Source of the DNA: Myxococcota bacterium
GTDB taxonomy: Bacteria > Myxococcota > JACRCW01
Length of the DNA stretch: 20,318 nt
Reading direction: 5' to 3'
Assembly (NCBI GenBank): GCA_040752415.1
Contig: JBFMGU010000196.1
Span: forward strand, 1 to 20,318
Below the pieces are notes generated by a model. It saw only the letters and a list, made by a program, of their open reading frames with translations. It made no database searches and was not told the DNA's origin. Positions 8,775 through 17,498 of this stretch are shown one piece after another. Positions within the stretch are counted from its first letter, which is position 1. Each line of letters starts with the position of its first letter. The translations under genes were made by a program, and so were the position numbers.

Positions 8775-10448
8775 GTGCCCCCCATTCTCACCGGTCTTCC
8801 CGTCAACGTCCTCCAGGGCAACGCCCGCACGCTCGCCAATGAGCTGGACAACAACCGCCTGGTCAACCGTGACGACGGAGCGGTGCGCGGCGACGGCGTG
8901 GTGAGTCGCAGCGAGGTGGCGGCGGCGCTCATGCACGCGGACCAGTTCTCTCCCGCGGAGCGCGCGGACCTGGGCCAGATGGCGGCCATGCTCGGCGTCA
9001 CGGTGGGTCAGCCCGCGCCGGTGAAGAAGGAGTGGCAGAGCCGGGAGCGCCTCCCGCAGGACACCGACGCCCACAGCCTCATCCCCGTGGGCGGGCAGCT
9101 CTACGCCACCAGCGGTGAGCAGGGGTACATCAAGTTCAGCCGCTACGACCCCGCGTCCGACACGTGGATGAAGATGCCCGCGCCCATGGACGGCTACTGG
9201 GGCCGCCTGGATGGGCCACCCACGCTGGCGGAGTGCAACGGCAAGCTCATCTTCACCGGTGGCGGCGAGAACCGTCACGCGTGGAACCTCACGTTCTCCT
9301 ATGACCCGGCCACCAAGACCTGGACGCGGCTCGCCGACCACGAGGCCCGCGCCGGCGCCGGCGCCGCTTCGCTCGACGGGAAGATGTACCTGATTGGCGG
9401 CACCAAGGGCGGCCAGGGCTTCGAGAACTACGCGTATCACGCGGGTCAGCAGTCGGTGGGCACGGCGCAGGTGCTGGACCCCGCCACCAACCAATGGACC
9501 AAGCTGCCCGACCTCCCCGAGCCGCGCGCCTATCCCGGCGTCGTGGGCGTGGCGGGCAAGATCTACGTGATCGGCGGCGTGGGGCGGGACGGCAAGCCCA
9601 CCAACCGCGTCGACGTCTACGACCCCGCCACCAACTCCTGGGGCACGCCGCTGCGCATGCAGTCCGCGGTGGGCAATCCCTCGGTGTGGCTCGACGGCGG
9701 GAAGATCTGCGTCAGCGGCGGTCGCAACGCGGCGCACGCGGGGCAGACCGCGGTGGAGACGCTGGACCCGGCCACCGGCACCAACGGCGAGCTGCCGCCC
9801 ATCAAGGGTGAGGACGCCTCGCGCGTGGTGGTGGCCAACGTCGAGGGGCGACTGTTCGCGCTGGGCTCCCGTCCCAATGACAACAAGTCGCCGTGGCTGC
9901 GGGAGTTCGCGCCGCCCCCGGGAGCCGCGCCCGCGCCGGGCACCGGTGGCAACACCATCATCAACGTCATCACCACCAACAACACCACCACCAACATCAA
10001 CGTCACCAACATCATCCAGAACATCACCAACCACGTCTCGCTGACGCAGCTGATTGACCAGAGCACGCACATCAACGTCGTGAACAACACGGTGAGCTAT
10101 GACATCGACGTGCTCACCAGCATCAAGGGCCGCTTCGTGGGCTACTCGGACCCGGACACCGGCTTCTTCCTGCGCACCGCGCACAAGGACAAGCCGCTGC
10201 TGGGCGTGGGTCAGGACGCCAGCGGTCAGCGCTACCTGTACGGTGGTGTCGTCGAGGGGAAGGGGCCGCTGCCGGCCAACCAGGACGTGACGCTGTTCCA
10301 CCCGGAGAGCGGCCAGAGCTACTCGTTCCGGACCGACACCACCGGCCAGTTCGCCCAGGCGCTGCCCGCGGAGCTGCACGGTCGCGTCTACCTGTACGCG
10401 CTGAAGGACGGTCAGCCCACTCCCGCCGCGCCGCTGGACCTGCCCTGA
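8775..10448 (+). CDS. Kelch-repeat beta-propeller protein with EF-hand-like N-terminus and Asn/Thr/Ile-rich tract
   Basis: GAGGAG (8763-8768) before GTG 8775. Repeats such as GKMYLIGG and GKIYVIGG...VDVYDPATNSW. N-terminal DGVVSRSE. No signal peptide seen. Confidence 0.88.
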   Translation: MPPILTGLPVNVLQGNARTLANELDNNRLVNRDDGAVRGDGVVSRSEVAAALMHADQFSPAERADLGQMAAMLGVTVGQPAPVKKEWQSRERLPQDTDAHSLIPVGGQLYATSGEQGYIKFSRYDPASDTWMKMPAPMDGYWGRLDGPPTLAECNGKLIFTGGGENRHAWNLTFSYDPATKTWTRLADHEARAGAGAASLDGKMYLIGGTKGGQGFENYAYHAGQQSVGTAQVLDPATNQWTKLPDLPEPRAYPGVVGVAGKIYVIGGVGRDGKPTNRVDVYDPATNSWGTPLRMQSAVGNPSVWLDGGKICVSGGRNAAHAGQTAVETLDPATGTNGELPPIKGEDASRVVVANVEGRLFALGSRPNDNKSPWLREFAPPPGAAPAPGTGGNTIINVITTNNTTTNINVTNIIQNITNHVSLTQLIDQSTHINVVNNTVSYDIDVLTSIKGRFVGYSDPDTGFFLRTAHKDKPLLGVGQDASGQRYLYGGVVEGKGPLPANQDVTLFHPESGQSYSFRTDTTGQFAQALPAELHGRVYLYALKDGQPTPAAPLDLP

Positions 10449-10451
10449 GCC

Positions 10452-12506
10452 TCAGCGCTTCACCACCACCACCTCGCACGTGCCCGTGGCGGTGTTCCCG
10501 GCGTCATCCGTGGCGCTGGGGAACCAGCGGATGTGATTGCCCACGCCGCCGGCGTTGATGATGGTGATGATGCCGTCCTGCGAGTTGAGCAGCACCTCGC
10601 ACGAGTCGCCGGTATCAATCCGCCTGCCGCCCCTGCCGAGCTTGAAGCACTCGAAGCCGGTGATGGTGGCCTGCACGGAGGCGTCGCACACGTCGGTGGC
10701 GGTGGCGTGGAAGCTGACGGGACGGCTGGACTGCACAATGGTGGCCGGCGCGTTGCAGCTCAGCACCGGGTCGGCGGTGTCCACGCTGCGGATCACCACG
10801 TCGTCCTCATCCCCCTGCCCGTAGGTGTCCAGCACGCGCACCACGTACGTCGCGGAAGTGCCCACCGCCTGCTCCAGCACCACCGTCGGCTCAACGCCCA
10901 CCAGGGTCCCCAGCCGCGTGCCCTGCGTCCACCGCACCTGCGCCAGGTTCCCGTCGTAGTCGGTGATCTGCGTGCTCAACGTGACCGTGGCCGCGCCGGG
11001 CTGATCACATTCCGCGTCGCGGTCGGGACCGGCGTTGGCCACCGGCGGCTGGTTCAGCAGCGGGCCGCCCACCAGGATGGAGAAGGAAGCCTGGTCCACC
11101 GGCACCGGCACGCAGTTGCAGATGCCGTCGCTGCACTCCGGGACGTCGGCGCACTCGTCGTCGCTGAGGCAGATCGCGTCGGCGTTGGGCCCGGCGTTCT
11201 CGCACCGGCTCAGCTGGGGGTCGGTGTTGCCCACCACGTTGCCGGACACCTCACACTCCGGCGCGTTGCTCCCGAACACCACGCCCACGTTGAACGCACC
11301 GGTGTTGCTACCGGCAAAGGCGCGCACGTCGCTGCCGCTCCGACCCCGCAGCGTGTTGTCCGTGGCTCCGGCGGCAAAGACCCCGTCGCCCGCGCCGTTG
11401 ATCAGCGCCTCCTCGCCCGAGTGGCTTGCGCCCAGGCCCGCCATGTCCTCGAAGGTGCGCGAGCCATACCAGCGGCTGTAGGTGACCGGGCCAACGTCCA
11501 GGTCATAACGCAGGCCCACCGAGCAGCTGGCGCCCGGACAGGGCTGACCGCTGATCTCCACCACGCCGCTGGCAGCGGGATGTTTGTCGCTCTCACCGCG
11601 GACCACGATGGTGGCGTTGCCGGTGGCCTGGCAGTGGCTCAGCCGGCCAAACAACCCCGCCGCCAGCGGCGACGAGGTGATGCACACCGGTGTGTCCCCC
11701 GCCACGTTGGTGGCCGTCACCACGCCTTGCTCGGGGTCGAAGTTGGCGCACGCGCCGGCCAGGGGCACCTCGTGGCACACGCCGTCGCAGATGCGCTGGC
11801 CGGGGTTGTTGGGGTCGTCCTCGCAGGAGTTGCAGCTGTCGGCCACCTTGAGCGTGTCCGGCGTGGCCGTGCAGGTGCACGCGCTGGGGTAGTTGCACGC
11901 CGCGTTCAGGCCGCGCACCGTGTCCTGCACCCGCCCCGCGCAATCCGCCTCCAGCGCGGCCTGGTCCGCCAGCACGCCGCCGTCGACGCCGGGGTTGAGC
12001 GCGGGCGGCAGGCACACCGTGTTGGAGAAGGAGAGCGTGGGCTCCTTCCATTCCACGTAGAGCTGGGCCGCGTTGGAGGCGCCGGTGTCGCGGGAACGCG
12101 CCTCCCGCTTCCCGGTGCCCCGGAACAAGAGCACCACCGCCTGGTCCGCGTTCCACTCCGGGCGGCTGACAATGTCCTGCAGGATGGGCCCCACGTCGGA
12201 AGTTCGCTCCTCCGCCAGCCGGTCCCCGCCGCTCACCCATTCCGGCGGAGACCACGTCACGCTGGTGCCCACGCGGCTCCGCGACGTGATGTTCGCACTG
12301 GTGGCCGTGAAGGGCCCGGAGCTCTCCGGCACCACGCCTTCAATGACCAGGTCGGTCTGGCGCGCGTTCTGGTCGTTGGCCTCGAACTGCACGGCGGCGG
12401 AGAGCACCGTGGCGCCGCGTGGAATCCCCACGTTGGCAAACCGGAGCGCCACGACCTGCGCGCCATCGCCGTCGCCCAGCTCCAGCGCGGAGTCATTGAT
12501 GTCGGT
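10452..12506 (-). pseudogene. C-terminal 684 codons of a large Cys-rich extracellular protein (beta-sandwich domain, PKD-like and HYR-like domains), lacking its own start
   Basis: Protein-like only from TDINDSALELGDGDGAQVVALRF onward. Contains NQPPVANAGPD (PKD-like) and DTADPVLSC...ATDDAGNTATGTCEVVV (HYR-like). The same frame upstream of 12506 is Arg/Gly-rich shadow sequence. Confidence 0.7.
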
Positions 12507-12508
12507 CC

Positions 12509-13096
12509 CTCGTCCACCATGCCCTGGACCTGCTGCTGCACCTGGCCGGCGGTGCGCACGGCGTTCTCCGGGGCATCCTGGATGGCGCGACCCGCGCCGC
12601 GGGCCTGCGCGCCGATCTCGCGGATGGCGCCGCCGGTGGGCACCCCCGCGCTCTCCAGCATGCGTCCGCCCTGCTCCAGGAGCGCGCCGCCGCTGCGCAT
12701 GGCGCCCCCAAGCCGGTCCGCGGCGCCGTTGAGCACATCCCATCCGCGCTCCAGGATCCCGCGCGACTGCTGTGCGCTCCCCACCTCCGCGCGCGCTCCC
12801 ACGCTGACGCTGCCACTGGCCCCCGCCGCCACCGTGCCGCTGGCCCCCACGCCCGCCTGCGCGGACGCGCCCGCCGTCACCAGGCCGCTGCCCACGTTGC
12901 GCTGCCAATCCCGGGGCTGCGCCTGGGTGCCTTCGTACCGGTCCTGGACCGTTGTGGCCCCGGTGTGCTGGGTCGCGGGCTCACCGGTCTTCTGGGTTGT
13001 CTGCGTCTGCTGCGCCTGGGTGGTCTCTTCCGCCTTCTGCGTCTGCGGCTTCTGCGCCACGCGGGCGCCGCCGCCCAAAGTGCGAACGCTGGACAT
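12509..13096 (-). pseudogene. N-terminal 196 codons of a Gln/Thr/Ala/Gly-rich protein, interrupted by an apparent frameshift or junction
   Basis: AGGGGA RBS-like sequence before ATG 13096. GC3-rich codons up to QVQGMVDE, after which the frame becomes the shadow of the downstream gene and stops at 12257. Confidence 0.65.
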
Positions 13097-13255
13097 GTGT
13101 TCCCCTGGTGGCCCTCCGCGGGCCCTCGAACGGATCCACAGTATCGGCCATGCCCGCGCGGTGGTGCCCTATGGATGTTGGGAGTCCCGGTGGCCGCAAA
13201 ACGCGCGGTGGCATCAGATGGGTCTGCTCGGGTCGGCGAGGCGGGCGAACACCGA

Positions 13256-14095
13256 AGGGGCTGCGTCAGAACAAGTTGGCCAATTCGGTCCGATGCCCTC
13301 GAACACCTAACCCCCCGTTCATGCCGCTGCGCTCGCTCGCCCCCCTTCCCCACACCCGCTTCGACGTCGTCGCCCGTTGCGGGGAAGGGGGGCACGCTTT
13401 TGGTGTTGGGCGTTTTCTCGTCGGAAGAGGCCAGCTGCGCTCATCGATTGCCCCCCCTTCCCCGGCTCGGTGACGACGGAAAACCCACGTGATCCGCATC
13501 AACGCATGGAGGCACCCGTTGGCCTCTTGGACCGTGCGCTCTGTTCCGACGTCAGTCCTGCGACACGACAAACCCGGCCCAGTGGTGAGCAGGACGTACC
13601 CCCTTCTCTGATGCCTGCCAATCTCATTGGCGGGAGCCAAGAGCGTCCTCTCAGACGAGCTGCACCCATGTGGTTTGACGACGGGGACCACAGCCACACG
13701 CCGCTTGTCCCGAACCATGCTCCTTACCGCCACCAAGGTAGAGCCCTGCCGACAATGACGTCGTGAAAGTGGTCTGCGAGGGCAGGGCATGGTGTTTTTC
13801 CAGCTGCGGCCTTGGCCGGCGGTGACACCAACGGGTGCCTCCATGCGTTGATGCGGATCACGTGGGTTTTCCGTCGTCACCGAGCCGGGGAAGGGGGGCA
13901 ATCGATGAGCGCAGCTGGCCTCTTCCGACGAGAAAACGCCCAACACCAAAAGCGTGCCCCCCTTCCCCGCAACGGGCGACGACGTCGAAGCGGGTGTGGG
14001 GAAGGGGGGCGAGCGAGCGCAACGGCATGAACGTGGGGGGTTAGGTGTTCGAGGGCATCGGACCGAATTGGCCAACTTGTTCTGACGCAGCCCCT
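13256..14095. repeat. Long inverted repeat / foldback (MITE-like) element: arms 13256-13522 and 13828-14095, 305-bp spacer
   Basis: The arms are reverse complements, differing by one substitution, one 2-bp indel and one 1-bp homopolymer indel on manual comparison. Ends are AGGGGCTGCGTCAGAACAAG ... CTTGTTCTGACGCAGCCCCT. Confidence 0.95.
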
Positions 14096-14186
14096 CACAC
14101 CCTGGATACCGCCGGCGTGACTGCTCCCGGGACATTGCCGTGACGACGTCAAGTGGCCAGCAAATTGAAGCAGTGAGGCAACGCGG

Positions 14187-14370
14187 CCCGACGACAATGG
14201 CGTCACGGCCCCCACGCGGCCGTCGCTCGCGAGGTGAATTCACCGCCAGCTTCCGTCTGCTCGTCGAATGGAAAAACACCCGACGACCCTCACGTCCCGG
14301 CCCCCACGCGGCCGTTGAATCGACGACGTCAATTCACCGTCAGCTTCTGCCTGGTCTGCTCGTTGATGGG
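14187..14370. repeat. Degenerate tandem duplication, period 92 bp
   Basis: CCCGACGAC at 14187 and 14279; CGGCCCCCACGCGGCCGT at 14206 and 14298; both copies continue with AATTCACCGyCAGCTTC and GTCTGCTCGT. Confidence 0.85.
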
Positions 14371-14763
14371 CAGCTTCCACCCGCAGCCCACGTTGGCGCG
14401 CTTCTCCTTGTCGCCCACGTCGCCGGGCGGGTCCTGGTCCAGGTCACACCAGCCGCTGGCGTTGAACGTGCGACCCGTCAGCGCGCCCTTCTCCTCGCAC
14501 TCGCACGACCAATAGCCCTCCACGTGCGCCTGACAGTGCGTCACGAACTTCCCGTCGCTGCAAGTCCAGGTGTCGTGGCAGTTGCCGCCCCACGCCGCGG
14601 GACCGGTCTTGGCCTGCGGGTTCCACACCGCCTCCTGGCTGGTGCACTCCCACGCCTCGCTGCCAGGGTCGCCCTTGAGCTGGGCCTCCTCGTCAATCAT
14701 CGGCACGCACGCCAAGAGGAGGACCCAGAACGTCGTCACCACGCCGCGCATCGTCGTGCTCAT
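14329..14763 (-). CDS. Small Cys-rich lipoprotein, unknown function
   Basis: ATG overlaps the upstream gene's TGA (ATGA, 14763-14760). MSTTMRGVVTTFWVLLLA-C lipobox; several Cys and Trp residues; 144 aa. Confidence 0.75.
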   Translation of the reverse strand: MSTTMRGVVTTFWVLLLACVPMIDEEAQLKGDPGSEAWECTSQEAVWNPQAKTGPAAWGGNCHDTWTCSDGKFVTHCQAHVEGYWSCECEEKGALTGRTFNASGWCDLDQDPPGDVGDKEKRANVGCGWKLPINEQTRQKLTVN

Positions 14764-15965
14764 GCCAGCTGCTTCTCCGCCTGTGAGCCCACAAAGGGCC
14801 CATGGAACTTCTTGCCCCGGAACGCGCTCATCATCATCACCAGCCACAACCCCACGAACAGCACACCCATGGGAATGCCCACCCACCGGAGCAGGCTGAA
14901 CCCCGGCCACAGCTCGGAGGCCATGCCGTGCAGGATGGTCACGCCGGTGTACGCCACCCCCACGCCAATCACCGCGAAGATGGCCTGCCAGGCGTGGAAG
15001 CGTACGAACACGTCGTCACGGTAGGCGCCGCGCAGGAACGGAACCCCGGTGAGGGGCCCCAGCAGGTACGAGATCCCCGCCGCCACGTTCGACGGAAGCG
15101 CCGCCTTCCCCGTCGGAGCCGCGACGCCCGTCGGGGCCGCGCCCGCCACCGGCTCCACGTTGCCGCGCCCGTCGGTGGTGGGCTCCGCGCTCTCGCCCGC
15201 AATCACCGCTTCCCGCGCCATCCTGCGCGCGCTGGCCGGCACCTCCATCCAGCCAAAGAAGCAGTAGCAGCCCATGGAGAACAGGATCGTGTCGCCAATG
15301 TACTCGTTGGAGACGAGGCCAAAGACGGGGCCCAGCGCAATGGAGAGCAACGTCGTGGTGGCAAACACCGCGTAGTAGAACCACACCTCCCACGGCGTCT
15401 TCCCCGCGTGGTGATGGCTCAGGTACGGGAAGGTGCTGGCGTTCAAACCACCCAGCAACAGCACGAGCAGGATGCAGGCGAGCCGGCCCTGCGTGCCCCC
15501 CGCGGTGAACAGGTGGCTGTTGACCATGGCGGCAAGCGCGAACGCGGTGGCGGGTCGCGGCACGCCGAGCCAATAGCCGGGCACCTTGTAGTGGTAGGTG
15601 TTGAAGCGCGCGAAGCGCAGGCTGGCAAAGAAGATGGGCACGCCCCCGACGAGGAACGCCAGCGCGATGGCCAGCGGGCGCTGCAGCCCCACCTCCTCGC
15701 GGAACACCGGCTCGTACGCGGCGTAGAGCAGGAAGGCGGGGGCCACGCCGTAGCTCATGTGGTCGGCCACGTTGTCGAACTCCCCGCCGAACTTGTTGTA
15801 GCGACGCGTCACGCGGGCCACGATGCCGTCAAAGGCATCAAAGAACATGGCCACCGGCATCATCAGCGCGGCCCACAGCAGGTTGCCGTTCATGGCAAAC
15901 AGCGCGGAGGCAAACCCGGCCAGCAGGTTGCCGCTTGTCACGTAATCCTTGGCGTACAGGCGCAT
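14760..15965 (-). CDS. CDP-alcohol phosphatidyltransferase (PssA/Pcs-like) fused to a C-terminal DUF4870-like membrane domain
   Basis: Signature DAFDGIVARVTRRYNKFGGEFDNVADHMSYGVAPA, plus LRFARFN and GVPRPA typical of type II PssA. After an Ala/Pro/Gly linker comes NVAAGISYLLGPLTG...FVRFHAWQAI. Confidence 0.88.
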   Translation of the reverse strand: MRLYAKDYVTSGNLLAGFASALFAMNGNLLWAALMMPVAMFFDAFDGIVARVTRRYNKFGGEFDNVADHMSYGVAPAFLLYAAYEPVFREEVGLQRPLAIALAFLVGGVPIFFASLRFARFNTYHYKVPGYWLGVPRPATAFALAAMVNSHLFTAGGTQGRLACILLVLLLGGLNASTFPYLSHHHAGKTPWEVWFYYAVFATTTLLSIALGPVFGLVSNEYIGDTILFSMGCYCFFGWMEVPASARRMAREAVIAGESAEPTTDGRGNVEPVAGAAPTGVAAPTGKAALPSNVAAGISYLLGPLTGVPFLRGAYRDDVFVRFHAWQAIFAVIGVGVAYTGVTILHGMASELWPGFSLLRWVGIPMGVLFVGLWLVMMMSAFRGKKFHGPFVGSQAEKQLA

Positions 15966-16181
15966 GGTGGAGAGGCCCCGACACCGGAAGGCGGTCCGTG
16001 GGCGCGCGGTGCTTTAGCGCCCGGGGCCGCGTGTGGCCAAGGGCACGCCCCGGGTGGCCGTGAGAGGGGCGGATTCACGTCGTGGAGGGTTGCTGGCTGG
16101 CCTGTCCCGTGCAAAGAGCCCGGCGGCAGTTACATTGGGTTGGCACCACGCCCCAGGCAAAGGTGGAGGGTCACGGGATCC

Positions 16182-17297
16182 ATGGACAGGAAGATGCTCT
16201 TCACACCCGGGCCGGTGATGACCAGCGCGGAGACCAAGGCCGCGCTCATGCACCCGGACATGCCCCACCGCCGACCGGCCTTCGAGCGCGTGTTCAACAG
16301 CGCCCGCGCCCGCCTGGTGAAGCTGCTCGGCGCCGACGACTCCTACACCTGCGTCCTGGTCACCGGCAGCGGCTCGGCGGCCAACGAGTGCGCGCTGTCC
16401 TCGCTGGTGCGTCCCGCCGAGGAGGCGGTGGTGGTCCACAACGGCCCCTTCGCGGACCGGCTGGTGGAGATCCTGCGCTGCTACGGCGTGAAGGTGCACC
16501 TGGCGCAGACGCCCTGGGGCGTGCTCCCGGACCTGGCGGCGCTGGAGCGCATGCTCGTCGGGAATCCGCGCATCTCCTGGGTGTGCAGCGTGTGGCATGA
16601 GACGGGCAGCGGCATGCGCAACCCGGTCAAGGCCATCAACGAGGTGGCCCGCAAGCACGGTCGCCGCACTTTCGTGGACGCGGTGAGCGCTTTCGGTGGC
16701 GAGGACATCCACGTGTTGCGGGATGAGATCGACGTCGTCACCTCGGTGGGGAACAAGGCGGTGGGTGGGATGACCGGCATTGCCTTTGTGCTGGCGCGCC
16801 GCTCCACGGTGCCGGCGCTGGGCCCGGACATGCCACGCCGGAACATGTACCTGAACCTGCAGAGCCACATGAAGTGGGCCGACGAGCACAACCAGACGCC
16901 CAACACGCCCGCCGTGACGATGATCGTGGGCTTTGATCACGCGCTCAAGGAGCTGACCGAGGAGACGTTGCCGGGCCGCATCCGCCGGTACCAGGCGTGC
17001 GCCAAGGTCATCCGCGACGGGGCGCGCCAGATGGGCCTCAAGCTGCTGCTTCCCGACGAGCAGTTCTCCAACACCGTGACCAGCATCTTCCTGCCGCCCG
17101 GCATCGGCGTGGATGATTTCATCGAGGCGCTCGACGAGCGGGGCTACGTGGTCTACCCGGGCAAGGGCATCTACCACGAGCAGAACGTGTTCCAGATTGC
17201 GAACATGGGCCGGATCACGCCGGAGGATTGCCGGACGCTGTTGCGCGTGGTGGGCGAGACCATCGAGCTGATGCGCCAGGGCAAGAAGTCCGCCTGA
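16182..17297 (+). CDS. Class V PLP-dependent enzyme (PhnW/2-aminoethylphosphonate transaminase or serine-pyruvate aminotransferase-like)
   Basis: GGAGG upstream of ATG 16182. Motifs LFTPGP, TGSGSAANE, HETGSG, VDAVSAFGG, SVGNK (PLP lysine) and VYPGKG. Confidence 0.88.
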   Translation: MDRKMLFTPGPVMTSAETKAALMHPDMPHRRPAFERVFNSARARLVKLLGADDSYTCVLVTGSGSAANECALSSLVRPAEEAVVVHNGPFADRLVEILRCYGVKVHLAQTPWGVLPDLAALERMLVGNPRISWVCSVWHETGSGMRNPVKAINEVARKHGRRTFVDAVSAFGGEDIHVLRDEIDVVTSVGNKAVGGMTGIAFVLARRSTVPALGPDMPRRNMYLNLQSHMKWADEHNQTPNTPAVTMIVGFDHALKELTEETLPGRIRRYQACAKVIRDGARQMGLKLLLPDEQFSNTVTSIFLPPGIGVDDFIEALDERGYVVYPGKGIYHEQNVFQIANMGRITPEDCRTLLRVVGETIELMRQGKKSA

Positions 17298-17471
17298 CCT
17301 GTCCTCCCCCGACAGCGCTGCGTGCTCGGCACCTGTGCAGCGCTTCCAAGCCCATCATCCGCTCCGTGCCGCCAGTTCCTCCCACGCCCGAGGATGCGGG
17401 CCTTCCAGCAACTTGCGCGCAACTTGGATGGACGGCCCAAGGAGCTTCCGCGCGCGTCGTGGAACCCGAGT

Positions 17472-17498
17472 ATCCGTCAACTTCCATTCTTGACGGAT
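17472..17498. promoter_or_regulatory. Perfect 9-9-9 inverted repeat, candidate operator
   Basis: ATCCGTCAA-N9-TTGACGGAT in the intergenic region before the radical SAM gene. Confidence 0.4.

Noticed and set aside
13257..13294. Tn3-family terminal inverted repeat (GGGG-N5-TCAGAA resembles Tn21 ends)
   Set aside because: No TAAG at the inner end of a 38-bp IR, no 5-bp target duplication and no tnpA/tnpR in the window; family left unassigned.
10533..13310. 925-aa plus-strand ORF
   Set aside because: Antisense shadow of the minus-strand locus, with Arg/Ala/His-rich non-protein-like composition.
13256..14095. Retron msr-msd or DGR template
   Set aside because: No reverse transcriptase in the window, and the arms are far longer than retron a1/a2 repeats.
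13266..14279. 337-aa minus ORF and other ORFs across the inverted repeat as a possible transposase
   Set aside because: No DDE, HUH or recombinase motifs; the translations simply mirror the repeat arms.
14187..14370. Mini CRISPR array
   Set aside because: Only two copies, the sequence between the conserved blocks is also similar, it overlaps a gene end, and there are no cas genes.
16141..16158. Sigma54 promoter at TGGCAC (also at 181)
   Set aside because: No TTGC -12 element at the required spacing.
14802..16181. N-terminal extension of the 831-aa ORF
   Set aside because: Antisense to the PssA-like gene; the real protein starts at ATG 16182 after an RBS.
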